Shown: positions 10,845-23,795 of the stretch, piece after piece
Layout of the letters: every line of letters begins with the position of its first letter
How positions within the stretch are numbered: the first letter of the stretch is position 1
Source of the DNA: Bigelowiella natans CCMP2755
Taxonomy: Eukaryota > Protista > Cercozoa
Length of the DNA stretch: 56,097 bases
Reading direction: 5' to 3'
NCBI GenBank assembly: GCA_000320545.1
Contig: ADNK01000210.1
Location: 1 to 56,097 of the forward strand
Program-made: the position numbers and the translations under genes
Notes under the pieces: generated by a model
Database searches by the model: none
What the model was told of the DNA's origin: nothing
What the model saw: the letters and a program-made list of their open reading frames with translations, nothing else

Positions 10845-12710
10845 CTAGCTAGTCGTGATCTTGCTTTTCTTCTTCTGTGCGTCCTCAATCATTTCAATCA
10901 AATTGATGCCAACAACCCAGAACTCTGCTAGCTTGAGAGCATCATCTTTAGAGTCTTTTGCAAACGAAATGCTGAAGGATTCTACTATTTTTTCGGGGAC
11001 AAGGAAAAACACTCGAGCTTTCTCCGCTTTTGATGCACCGAATGAAATCAGTTCATCAACGTATGCTTTGCCGACGGACTTCTTGCTGCTAATCGTAACT
11101 TGATACAGTGTTCGACAGTTTGTTGCTCCATCGATGGCCGGATAGTTTGTCGGACACACTACAAGTTCCGCCTTTTGATCCTCAGCTATCTTCTTGATGT
11201 GTGCTCGGCATTTGTCTATCTGACCTTTCACGCCGTTCGAGAAAGTTTTCAAAGTTGAATGAGCAGGGAACTCGTGAATCTTGTCTTCCCAATCACCATT
11301 CCCTTTCCGTTTTTCAGCGTCAGCTAGCTTCTTAGGGAGACGTCTAGCGAGAAGCTTGCAACCCTTGTAAATTTTAGCAAAGAACCATTTCTCGCCATCT
11401 AATCCGGTGAAATTTTTGAGATTCTTCTCTGCATACAGTTGGAATATCTTGCTTTTAATCCATTCGCTTTATGGAACTATGACGCATTCCTCACTGTAAA
11501 GAAGTGTTTCCTCAGTAGTGGAAGGTTGGACCGAAAATATTCTGCTTGAAAGTTTCAAATCTCCGAAGTGTATGTAGTCCGTCCTCTTTATTCCTGCCTA
11601 AGCATCATTCTGATAACCTTCGAAAAGTTTGTATCTTTCTTCACTAATGAAATCCCGCAGCTGTCCACCAGTTCTCTGAAATCTCTCTAAAAACACACTC
11701 TCTTTCTCTTTTATCTCGGTTGCTATTACCTTGGACTCCTCAATGGCCAATGTCGGAACAAAGAGTCTCCTCCTTCTAACACCTCTGATCACATTTTCGA
11801 AACTGCGCAGTTCGCTGTTCGGAGAGGTCAAGTACACCACGAAGGCCTCCACTAAATGCACTTGGAAGTACTTGTGACCTTGGCTTGGAGCCGGGTCTAT
11901 AATCAAATGTGCTGATCTGTCATCAAAAGTTTTCCAAGCTTTAGTTTTCCAGAACCCTTGATCGTTTACTTCCGCTTGCTGGCAGGTGTACTTCCCGCCT
12001 TCCGTCCGGAACAAATAAATTGTAGCCTCTCGGACGGAGTAAAACGCCACCTTCTCCCCTTGGATAAAGGCTTCTCGCATGTAAATCTGGGAAAATGCCA
12101 GGCTTTTGCCAATTCCACTCTGTCCCGCGAGTATACAAAATCTCAATGTGGCACCGTCGATGTATTCCTTACGTATTCGACGGAACTCTTTCACGACTTG
12201 AATGAAACACCTTCTACCAAATACGAGAATGCCTTTAATGCGCTTATCCTTCATGCTCTTTGCTTCATCCTCATAATTTCGGTAAAACCAGGGATGAATA
12301 CCGTGCACACTGTCAGTAGCACCATGGGCAGGAATTTGGAGATTTTCGCATCGCCAGCCTCTCTCTTTTCTGCTTCAACAAGAGCTTTGGCATAGTCTCC
12401 TCCGGCAGGGTTTTCTGTCAAAATCACCCCCCCAATTTCGTCTATTTTCATGGCTGAACACACACGCAAAAATATCTCAGCACACCGATTGTTCCTTAGA
12501 TGTTAACAGAATTCATAACCTTGGGTTGCCTCCTTATACTCTTTTGTCACATTTTTCAGTTCTGCCTCCTTCGCCTGGATTTCCTCGTCCAATTTGTCAA
12601 TAGCACCGTTGAGCGCCTCTTCTTTCTCCTTATTCTTCTCCGTTGCCCAAGCGATGCTCAAAGCTTTTCTTTCATCCCTCAATTTCTCGATTTGTTTGCT
12701 AATAGAGTCC
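10845..12710 (-). pseudogene. Crinkler/RHS-type P-loop NTPase plus restriction-endonuclease-fold protein, disrupted
   Basis: N-terminal coiled coil, Walker A (GQSGIGKS), LIID, LTSPN, RFQRTGG, and a C-terminal NYPAIDG..LYQVT motif. In-frame stops at TAG 11598-11600 and TAA 11469-11471, with the same frame continuing into ORF 10845-11252. Apparent frameshift near 12310-12340. Confidence 0.75.
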
Positions 12711-13073
12711 ATCTGATTTCCCCATACCCATACCTCAGAACGCTGAGAACACATCAACCCTTAAGCTCCCGAACGCAAGCCTCGTAGGATAAGTACCTGT
12801 GCTTTCGAACTTCTCCCTCTAGTTTCATCATCGAAATAATCGGAAGATCCACCCCGCTTCATCGACTTTGATTTCGAGTCAAGTGTGTGAAGATCTTCAC
12901 GGGAGACTCTCCCTGCTGCGGCGAATCCCCTAGCCGGAGAGCATTACAGCGTGTCGCACTCCAAAAACAAAAGTGTTTTTCGGAAACGTTCTCCGTCCTC
13001 TTTCGAAATCTTTCTTCATACCGTCTCACAATCCAAACCTGCCAGAACGAAGTACCCCGCCCTTGGAGCAGCG

Positions 13074-14619
13074 ATGTCCTCAGTTCCATTGATAAAGAAT
13101 CAGGTGTGGTTGCTAGTCGAATTCACGCCTTTGCTTCTGGCTGCAAAGTCTTCCAACCCTTATTCTTGCCATCCCTGCAGCCTCAGTCCACGCAATATCA
13201 TGCTCTGACGCGTCCGGATGCACGACAAGAGGGGAAAAAATCACGTACACAAAGCGTTTATCTGTTGTGAATGTCATTAAGGGCGTTGTCTTACAATACA
13301 TAGAAGGCGATACTGAAGGTAAAATCTTGAGGGCTCTGGATCAAGAGCTGCTGGAGCAGATTCCTCAGGGGCTGCAGCAATTTCTTCTCAGGTAACACGC
13401 GGCAGGGGTGTGGCGACGATAGATGACAACAAAGAAAGGGAAACAATATGCTTATCTTTTAACTATCACGGCTGATGCTGTTACTAGCATATGCTGTCGC
13501 TATTGCTTCTCCTAGCTACTCTTCATCCTGCAATTAACCGATCAGGCCCTTGGGCAATCTCACTGAGATACCTGGGCTCGTGAAACCGGGTAGTAGAAAA
13601 CAGCAGCAGCAGTTGATGTTGTTATTGTTGTTGTTGTTGTTGTTGTTATTGTTGTACTTGGACTTGTATTACCGTGAAGATGTCTTTACGACGCCATGCA
13701 GCAGCCAGCCAGCTAGCAATGAGTTGTGGTGGATATGCTTGTGTTGAATCAAAAAACCAGAGCACAGTGTTGGATGCCTCTTTTGCGGGCTGCTCTGTCC
13801 ACTGCACGCGTGCTGCGCCCATCGACTTATTAGGGAAGGCCAGGTGCATACACACATTATCATCCTCTCCAAGGACCGCTCGCGGTGCCTTTGGGAAGGA
13901 AGAATACACCGGGGAAAAGAAACCCTTGAGAGGAGAAGTGGTTGTAGAACTTGCCGTTGGGCAGAAGGGAAATTATTTCTGAAACGCCTAATAACAGATC
14001 GGATTGAGTTGGTGGGGAGACGAGCCGCTCCTTCTCGGTCCTGGAAGACATTTCCTGATGCACCCTACGCAGCAGTTCACACGGTTGTTATCGCAGTGTT
14101 CGCTTCGTTGCTCCGCAATACACATTAAGCTGCAGCATTGTAATCAACTCAACCTCTTCCACTCTCTATCCTCACAACTCTCTCTTTGCCCGCCTCTCGA
14201 CGTCGATTCTAAATCGAAACCCCCCCCACCCCCCCTTCAATGCCCAGGGTGGAACTTTTGTCCAACCAACACATCTCTCACGGACCTATACACATCATAA
14301 GAGTCGACAAAGGAAAGTTAGGGTCAGCATTATCTTTCACCCACGATCTACGGCCATATCGTCCTGAAAGCTAGATCGAACGCCGCACGCATTACACCTA
14401 TCCACGCGAGTCAGCTTTGCATGCTTTAAGCCTCTCGATATCACCGCGTTGCGCTCCTTAGTCGGCGCGCGCGCAGAGATCTAAATAATAGTAGTGCTGA
14501 GAGTGAATTGAATGTGGAAAACATCAGATATGCCATGGACACGTCGACCGGCCAGCCCATGCTTCTCATCGCTGGTAAGGATGCCGAGTGAGAAGGAAAC
14601 CTAGCACGAACAAACACAC

Positions 14620-14669
<50 letters not shown>

Positions 14670-15208
14670 GGCAGGGGGGGGGGGGGATAGAAGAAGAGGT
14701 CAATTTACATATACTCTTTCCGCTCTCATGGCCTTCCTCCTCCCTCTACTATTCCAGGCACTCACTACATAAGGAAGGCCGAGTTCAAATGGGGCCGGTT
14801 CTTGGGTAAAGTAGAAGCCTGTCAGATTTACCATTCGCATGTCATCATCATCACCAACGCCGCTGTCCCTGGACGCTGGCCTCCTCAAGCTTCTGAAATT
14901 AACCCCCAAAAAAAGAACTACTGATCATGCTTAGCAACTAGTAAAGGCTCGTAGACGGATATGATGCTACTGCTCACAACCAGCTCTTCTTTCTTTTCTC
15001 CTCCTCCTCCTCCTCCTCCTTCTTCTTCTTCTTCTTCTTCTTCTTCTTCTTTTGTTCTCAGATCTCACGGAGAGGGTTAACAACATCGGCGCTTTGAAGA
15101 TGATACGCGTAGACCGGTCAGGGATGATATCCCAGACAAAACGATGATAGAGGAAGAAGAAGATTAGAAGAAGAAAGTTGCACATAGCTGTGCGATGTAG
15201 CACAAGCA

Positions 15209-15243
<35 letters not shown>

Positions 15244-15480
15244 CATTTAAAATTAATTGTCCGTTTTCTTCGAACGCACTAACTTATACATGATGTACTT
15301 GTGAACCATCGCAAATCGGGATGGTGTAGGGGACAGGTGGCCTACTTTTACAGATCAGGGGAGCTCCAGATACTCCAGCCAGGTGCGGCGTTTGGCCAGC
15401 GAAACAGGCCGCAAACTTCGGCGATGAACTCGAAATAGAAACGAACCTGAGAAATATGAATAAAGGCAAAGCAGCCGAGA

Positions 15481-15548
<68 letters not shown>

Positions 15549-16030
15549 AACCCACTCGCTTGCTAGCGGGTACATGCAGGAGCTTAACCTGAACCAACCT
15601 CCCCATCTCCTTTTTTCGGTAGGACTGCACGTAATAGCGCCCCCCGATCGTTTTGGGGGGTTCGTGTCTACGCAGCTACAGCTTCTGGATCTTCCAAAGA
15701 CGATTCACGAGTCTGGAGATTACGTGCCCCTTGAGGTCTCCCCCCCCCCCCCCTCCCCCCTCCTAGTCGTCGTTCGTCCTAATAAATCTGAAACAATTTT
15801 CTCGAGCATTCTCTCGTCTTGACCCCCTTCTTCAAATGCGCTGAGTTTCGTTCGGTTTCGTTGTCGTACAAGATCGATGCTGACGTTCTGTACGCAATCG
15901 TGGACCCCGCTTTGGCCCTTATCCGCGTGCAGGTGGGTGTTGGCCAATGGTCGGTCATTATTGTGAGACGGTACTCGGTGTGCGTAGGTGAAAGACGCTC
16001 CCGAGCAGAAGGGGAGAGATAGAGATAGAT

Positions 16031-16078
<48 letters not shown>

Positions 16079-16996
16079 GAGTGAGAGGGTGAAGAAGAAC
16101 AAGAACAATGGGAATAGAAAGGAGCCAGCTAAGTAGATATGACGATAGAATACACGCTCTGCCTCCTCCCCCCTCCCCCGTGCTGCTCTGCTATTGTGAA
16201 TGAACAGGACCTCGAGAAGTTGATCAGAAAAACAGCCATTTCAACCTTGGCAGGTGATGAGAAGAATATCATCATACTACACGATAAGGGCAAATACATG
16301 GCATCTCTCTCATCTTTCTCATCACGCCGATGTTCTCATTGCTTGCCGTTGCGCCCTTCGCTGCTATTATTATTCTTCCACAAGGGATCATCCGCAGTTC
16401 CAATCTCTCGGAGGTCGCCGGGTCGCGTCGGGCGACGTTCTCTGAGAATCTCGAAGTGAAGACCGGCAGAAAGTAATATACGGCAGCAGCAGCAGCATCG
16501 TCATCATTGACCTTATATCCCCTTCCTCCTCAGCTCCTGTAGCTGCTATTGTGCAATGCCGAGTTGTTTTATGAGTTTTTGGAAGAAGAAGAAGAAGAAG
16601 CAGCAGCAGCAGCAGCATTCCCTTTCACTTCCACTCGTATATTAGGATGGACACGATCCATCGTCGTTGTCGTAGTCGTTGCCACGGTTATTGCCAACAC
16701 CGGAGCACATTGATTCTGAATAGCGGGTGAGAGAAATGACCCTAGCAATTGAATAGGGAGAGCAGGGACGCCGACTCTAAGCAAGGGGCGATAGGCGGAA
16801 TGGGGAAGAAGGCCGGGCTCAGTGCTGGCCAGATGAATCAATCGCAAACCGAACCGCCAGCACCGTCCGCGCCGTCTTTTCAACAGAAGGTATATTAGCA
16901 TACTACACTCCTTCGTGATAAAAGAGTGAATAAGACTGCTTCTCTCTCTTGCTTGCTGTCTCTCTCCGTCTCTCTCTTTCCCTCTCTCTATCTATC

Positions 16997-17028
<32 letters not shown>

Positions 17029-17446
17029 ATATTCCTACGACAAATACATGATTGGCGTTTGTCTCCCCCCCCCCCAAAAAACCTCTTGAAAGGTCCATGA
17101 TGAGTTCTTGAAGGAGCTTCATGACTACGCGCGCAAGGTTTGCACCAAACGCGCACACATTGCTTTCGAGTTTTCAGCGGAAAAATTGGCCTGTACTTCC
17201 CACTGAAGATTAGTAGGCGTGATGGCAATGATGGAAGTGATAACGGGGGAGATTATGTGTGATGATGTAAAGATCCTAACGGCGACGATGGTCACAGGAA
17301 CTGGGCGTGGAGATCTCCAACATTCGCATAAATGACCTGCGCATTGCTTCTGACGCTCTTGCGAACAACATCGCAAAGGAGGCAATCAAGGTGATCAATC
17401 CCCCCCAATCCCTTACCTCTTCGTTAGATATTCCTATATTTGCGTG

Positions 17447-17519
<73 letters not shown>

Positions 17520-18306
17520 CAGTTTACACACTACGTTTAATGCCCTACTGCGTTCCCCTGTCGTTGAGCTTTCAATATATATATATATATATATATATTG
17601 TATTTAACACCATTTTCATATATGTATATAATATATACCATACATACATATATGCATATATTCAAATACAGATCGCCGAGCAAGAGGCCGAGTATCGCAT
17701 GTTACAGAAAGAAGCGGTAGTAGAAAGGAAAGGAGCTTCATCATCTCCCTCATGAAAAAAGGGGGCGGGGAGGGGGGAGGGGGGGGGTGGGGGGAGGAAA
17801 CGAATGAAAGGAACAAGGGAGGGGGGGGTCAGAGCAGGGGCAGTGTCGTTGCCTTGCGCTTCGGTGCTCTTGATTACAAGATAGTTGTAGTGGTAGTAGC
17901 AGAAATAAAGGAGTAGAGTTTATGTTGTAGGACATTCGAACGGTTCGGGCAAATAACATAGCTCTTGAGACGAAGATCAAGGTACGGTGCGGAGCACTCG
18001 CATGGGACTCTCGCCCTGCTCTCCTTTTAGTTACAGCGATGGCCTTACGTGCATCGGCCATGATCTTCGGTCTTGGGCCTTTGCCGATGTTGTTGTTCTT
18101 GTTGTTGTTCTTGTTCTTGTTTTCGGCGAATAGTGGTGATGGGGGTTGACCAAAGGTATCATCGTTCGTATTATCAATAGCCGCACACGACACTCTTCTC
18201 TCACCCCGTGATTTATCCACTTGTCAGGCCCAGGCGCAGGCAGATGAAAAAATGATTCTAATCCAAGCCGACAACGACGCAACGATTGCAAAGGTGGAAG
18301 GCCATT

Positions 18307-18351
<45 letters not shown>

Positions 18352-18445
18352 ATCTCAATTGTGTTTTATTTCTCTATTTCAGCCTTTTATTGCGAGTATG
18401 TATTTAACGAAACTTTTGGCAATATCCTTCTACTCTACGAAGCTC

Positions 18446-18538
<93 letters not shown>

Positions 18539-19478
18539 AATGTAATCTTGTGTGATAGGCGAGAGCAACCGCCGAGGCCGTTGAGATAAGCGCCAAAGCG
18601 GATAAGGTAGCAATTCATCAACAAACGATTTTGCAATCTGGAATCTCTGCTTCTTGATGGAGCAGCTACTACACGGCAGCACAAAATCATCATCGATTAG
18701 ACCAATGCTTCTCCTTCCACCGCTCGATTAGAAAGAACTGAAAAAAACTCGAAAACGCAACAATACAGCACGCCAAAATTCTAGCACACGAAGCTGCCGC
18801 GACAGGGATCCTCACAAGAGCCAAGGTCTGTAGCCGCTCTCTGTCCATCATTGTTGCCTTTATTCAAAATGAAGGGGGGTGGGGCGCCGTCATGCTAATC
18901 TTCTTTTTCTCTGCAATTGTGCGTGCAGGCGGAAAAGGACGCACGTGTGATGCACGGAGAAGGTGAACGATACGGCGGTGTAGCTTTGCATAATCACGAT
19001 GGCGGTCTAGCATGTATTAATGTTATTATTATTATTATTATTACTGTTGTAGTTTTTGTTGTTATTGTTGTTGTTGCCTGTCTGATTTTCGTCCATCGTC
19101 GTTTCCTCTCTCTCCGCCACCGTAACACCCTCTCTTGTAGCCGATGAGAAGTACGCAAAAATGGTCAGCGCTACGACATTGGTAATGGTGTGACAATGGC
19201 GACACGCGCAACACCGCATTCGCGTGATTTCACAAATACAAATTTCCAATGATAGATATCGGAGAGGTCATGATGAATGGTTGGTAGAGGCTGTTGTCCT
19301 CGAGGCCATAGCCTTATCGATAGCACATCGTCGCTTTTTCCTTTCTCTTGCTTGTGCCTTCAACCACCTGATGATTCCCCGCCCGAAACGGCCTTCAGGG
19401 GAGTCGGCTGGCTGAGCTCTCCGTGCAGAAGGAAACTCTCAAAGGGCTCGGAAAGGTGGGGTTGGATCCTGCAATGCA

Positions 19479-19521
<43 letters not shown>

Positions 19522-19737
19522 CCAAACAACCTGTAAAATGTTTTCCCTTGAAGCACTAGCGCTGATAACGCTACGGTGTGAGAGAGAGTCAGAAACGAGA
19601 AGTCACGCCACAAATATCGAACATTTGACACGATGTAGAAAACTGATGTGCCGTGGTATGTTAAGGTGGCCTATGTTCCGGGGCTGCCGAACCTTCTCAA
19701 GAATTCGGAGTTCATCGTTACACCAAAAGACTTGTAG
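13074..19737 (+). CDS. SPFH/band-7 domain protein with repeated N-terminal L-x-PG-x-H motifs (vacuolin-like), many introns
   Basis: Exons: WWGDEPLLLGPGRHFL; GQPMLLIAG|THYI; IRVDR|GQVAYFYRSGELQILQPG|LHVIAPP..VPLE|IDADVLYAIVDPALALIRVQ|DLEKLIRKTAISTLAG|IIRSSNLSEV; ELGVEISNIRINDL; then an AE-rich coiled coil and a last exon VAYVPGLPNLL..KDL* ending at 19737. The start is tentative. Confidence 0.8.
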
Positions 19738-19979
19738 CATCACTAATGGAAAAAGAGAATCTTGCAAAATTCGCAACCGTCGTCCTTCGTAAATGGCTGC
19801 TAATCAAACGTGTATGCACGCACAGTGACGTTTGAGATGAGGCAGCAGGTTCCTTCTGTGTCTCGATTCTTACCATATGGCCGTTATTGTACATCGTGTG
19901 AAGGTTTCGCAGCATCCTAGCGAAGCAGCGTGATGTTTATCATGTAGCATCATGGTGTATCGTTCACATGCATGGCCTT

Positions 19980-20356
19980 AACTCAGCACAGTCTCCATAG
20001 TACACCCATGCAGGAAATTCTGCATGATGAGACGGATGTAATGAATAAATTAATTTGTTCAATTGTCATCCTAATGTAGCTGATAGTGCTATGTATGCAT
20101 CAGGCTTGCCGGTGATGTGTGCATGTACGTGTGTATAGTGCTAGTATGGGCATGTCTAGATGTGCATGAGACAGAGCATTGATTAGATTGAACAATTTCA
20201 ATTGTCATTTCAATGTAGCACTGCAATGCAGCGGCTACATGCAGCGCCCATGTTGAATCTGACTGTTTCTGCGATTATGTGTTGCATGCTTGTGAAATAT
20301 CGCTAGTGTTGACTTTGCAGCACATGCTATGTAAGTATGCGGTGTTAGCTAGAAGC
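19980..20356 (-). repeat. Inverted, internally deleted copy of the 43.6-44.2 kb repeat
   Basis: Shared blocks include acatgcagcgcccatgttgaatctgactgttt, gttgcatgcttgtgaaat, cgctagtgttgact and atgggcatgtctagatg. Confidence 0.9.
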
Positions 20357-20376
20357 ATATAGACTCAGCACTGCAT

Positions 20377-21247
20377 CTACGGTTTCAACGCTTCAGGGGG
20401 TGGGTCTTTGAGTTCTCTGCCTCCTACAATCTCGGACCCTACGATGTAGGCGAACCCTAGGCCAATCTGCAAATAGATCAATATTACTATCATCTTACAG
20501 TTAACAAAGTCTTTCAACAGGATGAGCGCCCTGTGTGTCCTTGGCACACAGGGCGCAGTGAAGCTAGTTGACATACCGAGACCAATCCGGTAGCGATAGC
20601 GATTCCTTGTTTTCGAGTAAATTTGGTTGGCATCTTTTCCTCTTCTGAAGGGAGAAACGTCTGTGAGTATTGAGAGAAACCAATAACGCGATTCGCGCTC
20701 AAGACGTTAAATTAGCACCTGGTTCAGTGGCAGAAGGCGTCGGCTGTGCTTGAGGGGGTGCTGCGCCACCAGGGGGGGGTAGAGGTACTTTCCCCTGGGG
20801 GATAACTGGTGGTTCTTGTGATTGCGCCTGCTCTGATACTTGCGAGTTTTCAGCGAAGCAAGGGAAATGATGCCTGCGGTACATTCATGAACGTAAAAAC
20901 TGTTACTATATAATCGTCTGACGCAATTAAGTCATCATTGAGACCGACAATTACTCAGATGCTTTTTCAAATCTAATGGATGTTCCCCCCGCCGATCCCT
21001 AAACCCACCTTCTCGTCGATTTCGACATTGCCCTAAAAGCGTGCATCGACGTCGTCGGCGGTATGGCCACTCTTGATCCTAGCTTGGAGCTTCGTCGGAT
21101 GGTAGCGACAGGAGCAGAGACCGGAACAGCAGAGATTTGCGAAGACATCGTACAGATGAATGCGATGGACGCCAGCAAGAGAACGAGGAGAATGTGTTGA
21201 GGCCGCACGCCATTTGCAGCCCTCTGCATGGCGGGTGGAGAAGCCAT
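20377..21247 (-). CDS. Small protein with a bipartite (signal peptide + transit-like) leader and a C-terminal TM helix; putatively plastid-targeted
   Basis: N-terminus MASPP..HILLVLLLASIAFIC followed by an S/R/A-rich, acid-free stretch, then a Pro-rich linker. Spliced C-terminus KQGIAIATGLVS|IGLGFAYIVGSEIVGGRELKDPPPEALKP*. Confidence 0.65.
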
Positions 21248-21576
21248 GCTTTTTTACGTATTGTCTGGCCGACTGTCTTGTAAAGGATTCGGTGGAAGCG
21301 CTAATAGTTTTGCAGCTACCGACATGCTGTTATCGTTGTCGCAGGCGAAAAATTGAAAGATACCGCTAACAACCGCTTCTTATGTTTCCGTCCAGGGACT
21401 GACCGGGATCCCGTGAGACTCAGATTTAGCTCAGTCGTTGTTGTTATCGCTGTTGTTGATGATGTATTTTTAGACAGATTCCGATACGATCCTGAAGTAA
21501 AAGATGCTTCCGCTATCGTGCGCATCTTGCCGAAACAGTGGAGCCCAAGGAATAATCGGAATCGTAAATAATGTCC

Positions 21577-23490
21577 ATGGACATCGGTAAAACTTCTAAG
21601 AAACTGTTCCCGAAGTGAGAGCCGACAACTGAACGACAACAGCAACAAAAATGTCATCGGAGGGGATTCCCCACCCCGATGGAGCATTGTGGAAAGTACT
21701 GTGTAAGGCGGGTCTCATGATACATCATGCGCCTTCGGGGACATCTGACACCAACGGCTCCTTGCGCCATCTAGAGGTTGTGCAGGCGTTGGAGATAAAG
21801 AACGAATGGATTCGACACGCCAGAGGATGGTCAGCGATTTTGAAACACAACACTTTGCTCATGGAAGCTGTAGAAGCTGACGACCAGATCCTGGACGCCT
21901 GCATCTACAAGGTACAGACTCTAGTTGTTATTTTTACTGCGATGGCTGAAATTTTACTAGCCTTGGGGACTCATGACGAGAGTTGCACTGCACATTCAGT
22001 TTTCAGGTCTCCGAGAGGAAATCACACTTCTGGCTAGTCGGACGGTCAACTTTATTTTATCTGCAAGAAATAACTTCTGTATCATTGGTGATACATTATG
22101 TGTTCATTTAGAGGTCGATAATGAGTGCTAGGGAGGAGTATGGTGCAGCAGCAACAGCGTTTGCGACGGCCCTTGCTGTCCTCGGATCCCATTCGAAGGC
22201 ACCCGTGAAGGTAGATCTCTCCTGTAGCTACACGAAGTGTGAGAGAAGTGTCTCTGACTTTGATATCTACAGACTGTAGAGACAGTTCAAAGATTTTTCA
22301 CGATGCAAGCTAAAGTCGCAGAATATCGGAAGACACCCACGCGCAGCATCCAGGATGATATATACAACGCGCTACGTATGTTACGGATCTAATGCTCCTA
22401 GATTCAACCTTAATACATCGCAAAATGATTTTATTGCTCCTTTGATAGAATCGCTGAGGGTCGACTGCATGATGATCGGGAAGAGTTTGCAGCAATTTCA
22501 AATACAACGGAGTAAAATTATCGGGTTGGAGGTCATTATCTCACATCACACAATCACGCGCGCGGACTACAAATACGCCACACAAGATTCGCATATACCT
22601 CGTGTATTTGAATTTTTTTTGTCATGAGATAATGGTTGAACGTATCAATGGCTAGGGTAAACGCCGTGCGCGTGTCATACGGTTTGGTGAGCAAGATGAG
22701 CAGGCAAGCAGACTTGCAGCAACCATAAAGGTTTTCATTCATTTACAATTTCACAGACTTCCGCTCTCAAAGCCCCGATTTAGCCACGATTTTCTTTTTG
22801 CTCAGGGACTTTCAGAGAAGCACCAGATCTGCAAAGATCAGCTAGTTTGCACGATTTCCTCCCTGATAAAGAAGAAGGAAAATCTTCTCAGTTGCAACTT
22901 AGGCTTATACTTTTCGTCTATTGTATCCACATGCAAGATATCTCTCGACACAGTACGGGCTGACGAGGTTCGCAAATCCAAATTCTATTATTGTCCTCCA
23001 TTCCTCCTGATCATTGTAAACACAACGAAGGAATTGAGGCATCTAGACCTGGACACAAAAGAAAAACCAGCACAGGTTGCTCTTTTCACTACATTGGTAC
23101 GTGTGTGTTCTTCTATTCCGATGTTATTATAATGATGGCAGATGACTAAATTCAACGGTCACGTAAATATTGAAACTCTACTGAAGACGCAGGTGAGTTT
23201 TATGTATCACAGTTATTTTTGGGGTTTCTTTCACATAATTTCAGAGCCATCTGTTCATCTCACCCACAGTCACCAGACTTCTACTCAACATTTTTTCCCC
23301 CCAAACAACTCCGACACATTCCCCACAGCCTCGACCACTTCCGGTTAATGATGGTCAACAGGATGCACCGGAAAATGGAAAGAATGAAGAAGAAGAAGAA
23401 GATAATAATGAGGATGAGAAGAACGAAATAAAGGATTGCATACCAGCAGGAGCAGAGCCTGTCGAAGCATCCAATGATGTTGAGAAATAA
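21577..23490 (+). CDS. Hypothetical multi-exon protein with an SH3b-like N-terminal segment and an acidic tail
   Basis: Exon LWKVLCKAGLMIHHAPSGTSDTNGSLRHLEVVQALEIKNEWIRHARGWS, several GT-AG introns, and a last exon ending EEEEEDNNEDEK..NDVEK* at 23490. The start is uncertain. Confidence 0.55.
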
Positions 23491-23744
23491 AAATGAGTAC
23501 GAGAATGTATTGGCTTGAAGGAGAACCAATTCACTGTTGGCATTACCATCTTGGCAACAGTCGCCAAAATTCATCATGCAGCATGTTGAGCACAATAATA
23601 CGCAAAACTTGTTGTACGCGACGTGTTGCTTTGAGAAGAGGCATACGAAAAGGAACCCCCTTATATCTTCATAGACATGGGGTCCCTCTTCTAATGTCTA
23701 CCTTTGTTGAATAGTTGCTTGTCACTTACAGCATCACGGGCGCC

Positions 23745-23795
<51 letters not shown>

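Noticed and set aside
11469-11600. In-frame TAA/TAG in the Crinkler-like gene as stop-codon reassignment
   Set aside because: Other genes in the window terminate normally at TAA/TAG, and the same locus also has a frameshift, so pseudogenisation is simpler.
14347-14371. ctacggccatatcgtcctgaaagc resembles the 5' end of 5S rRNA
   Set aside because: The similarity ends after about 25 nt with no internal box A/C, and it lies inside the SPFH gene in a probable exon.
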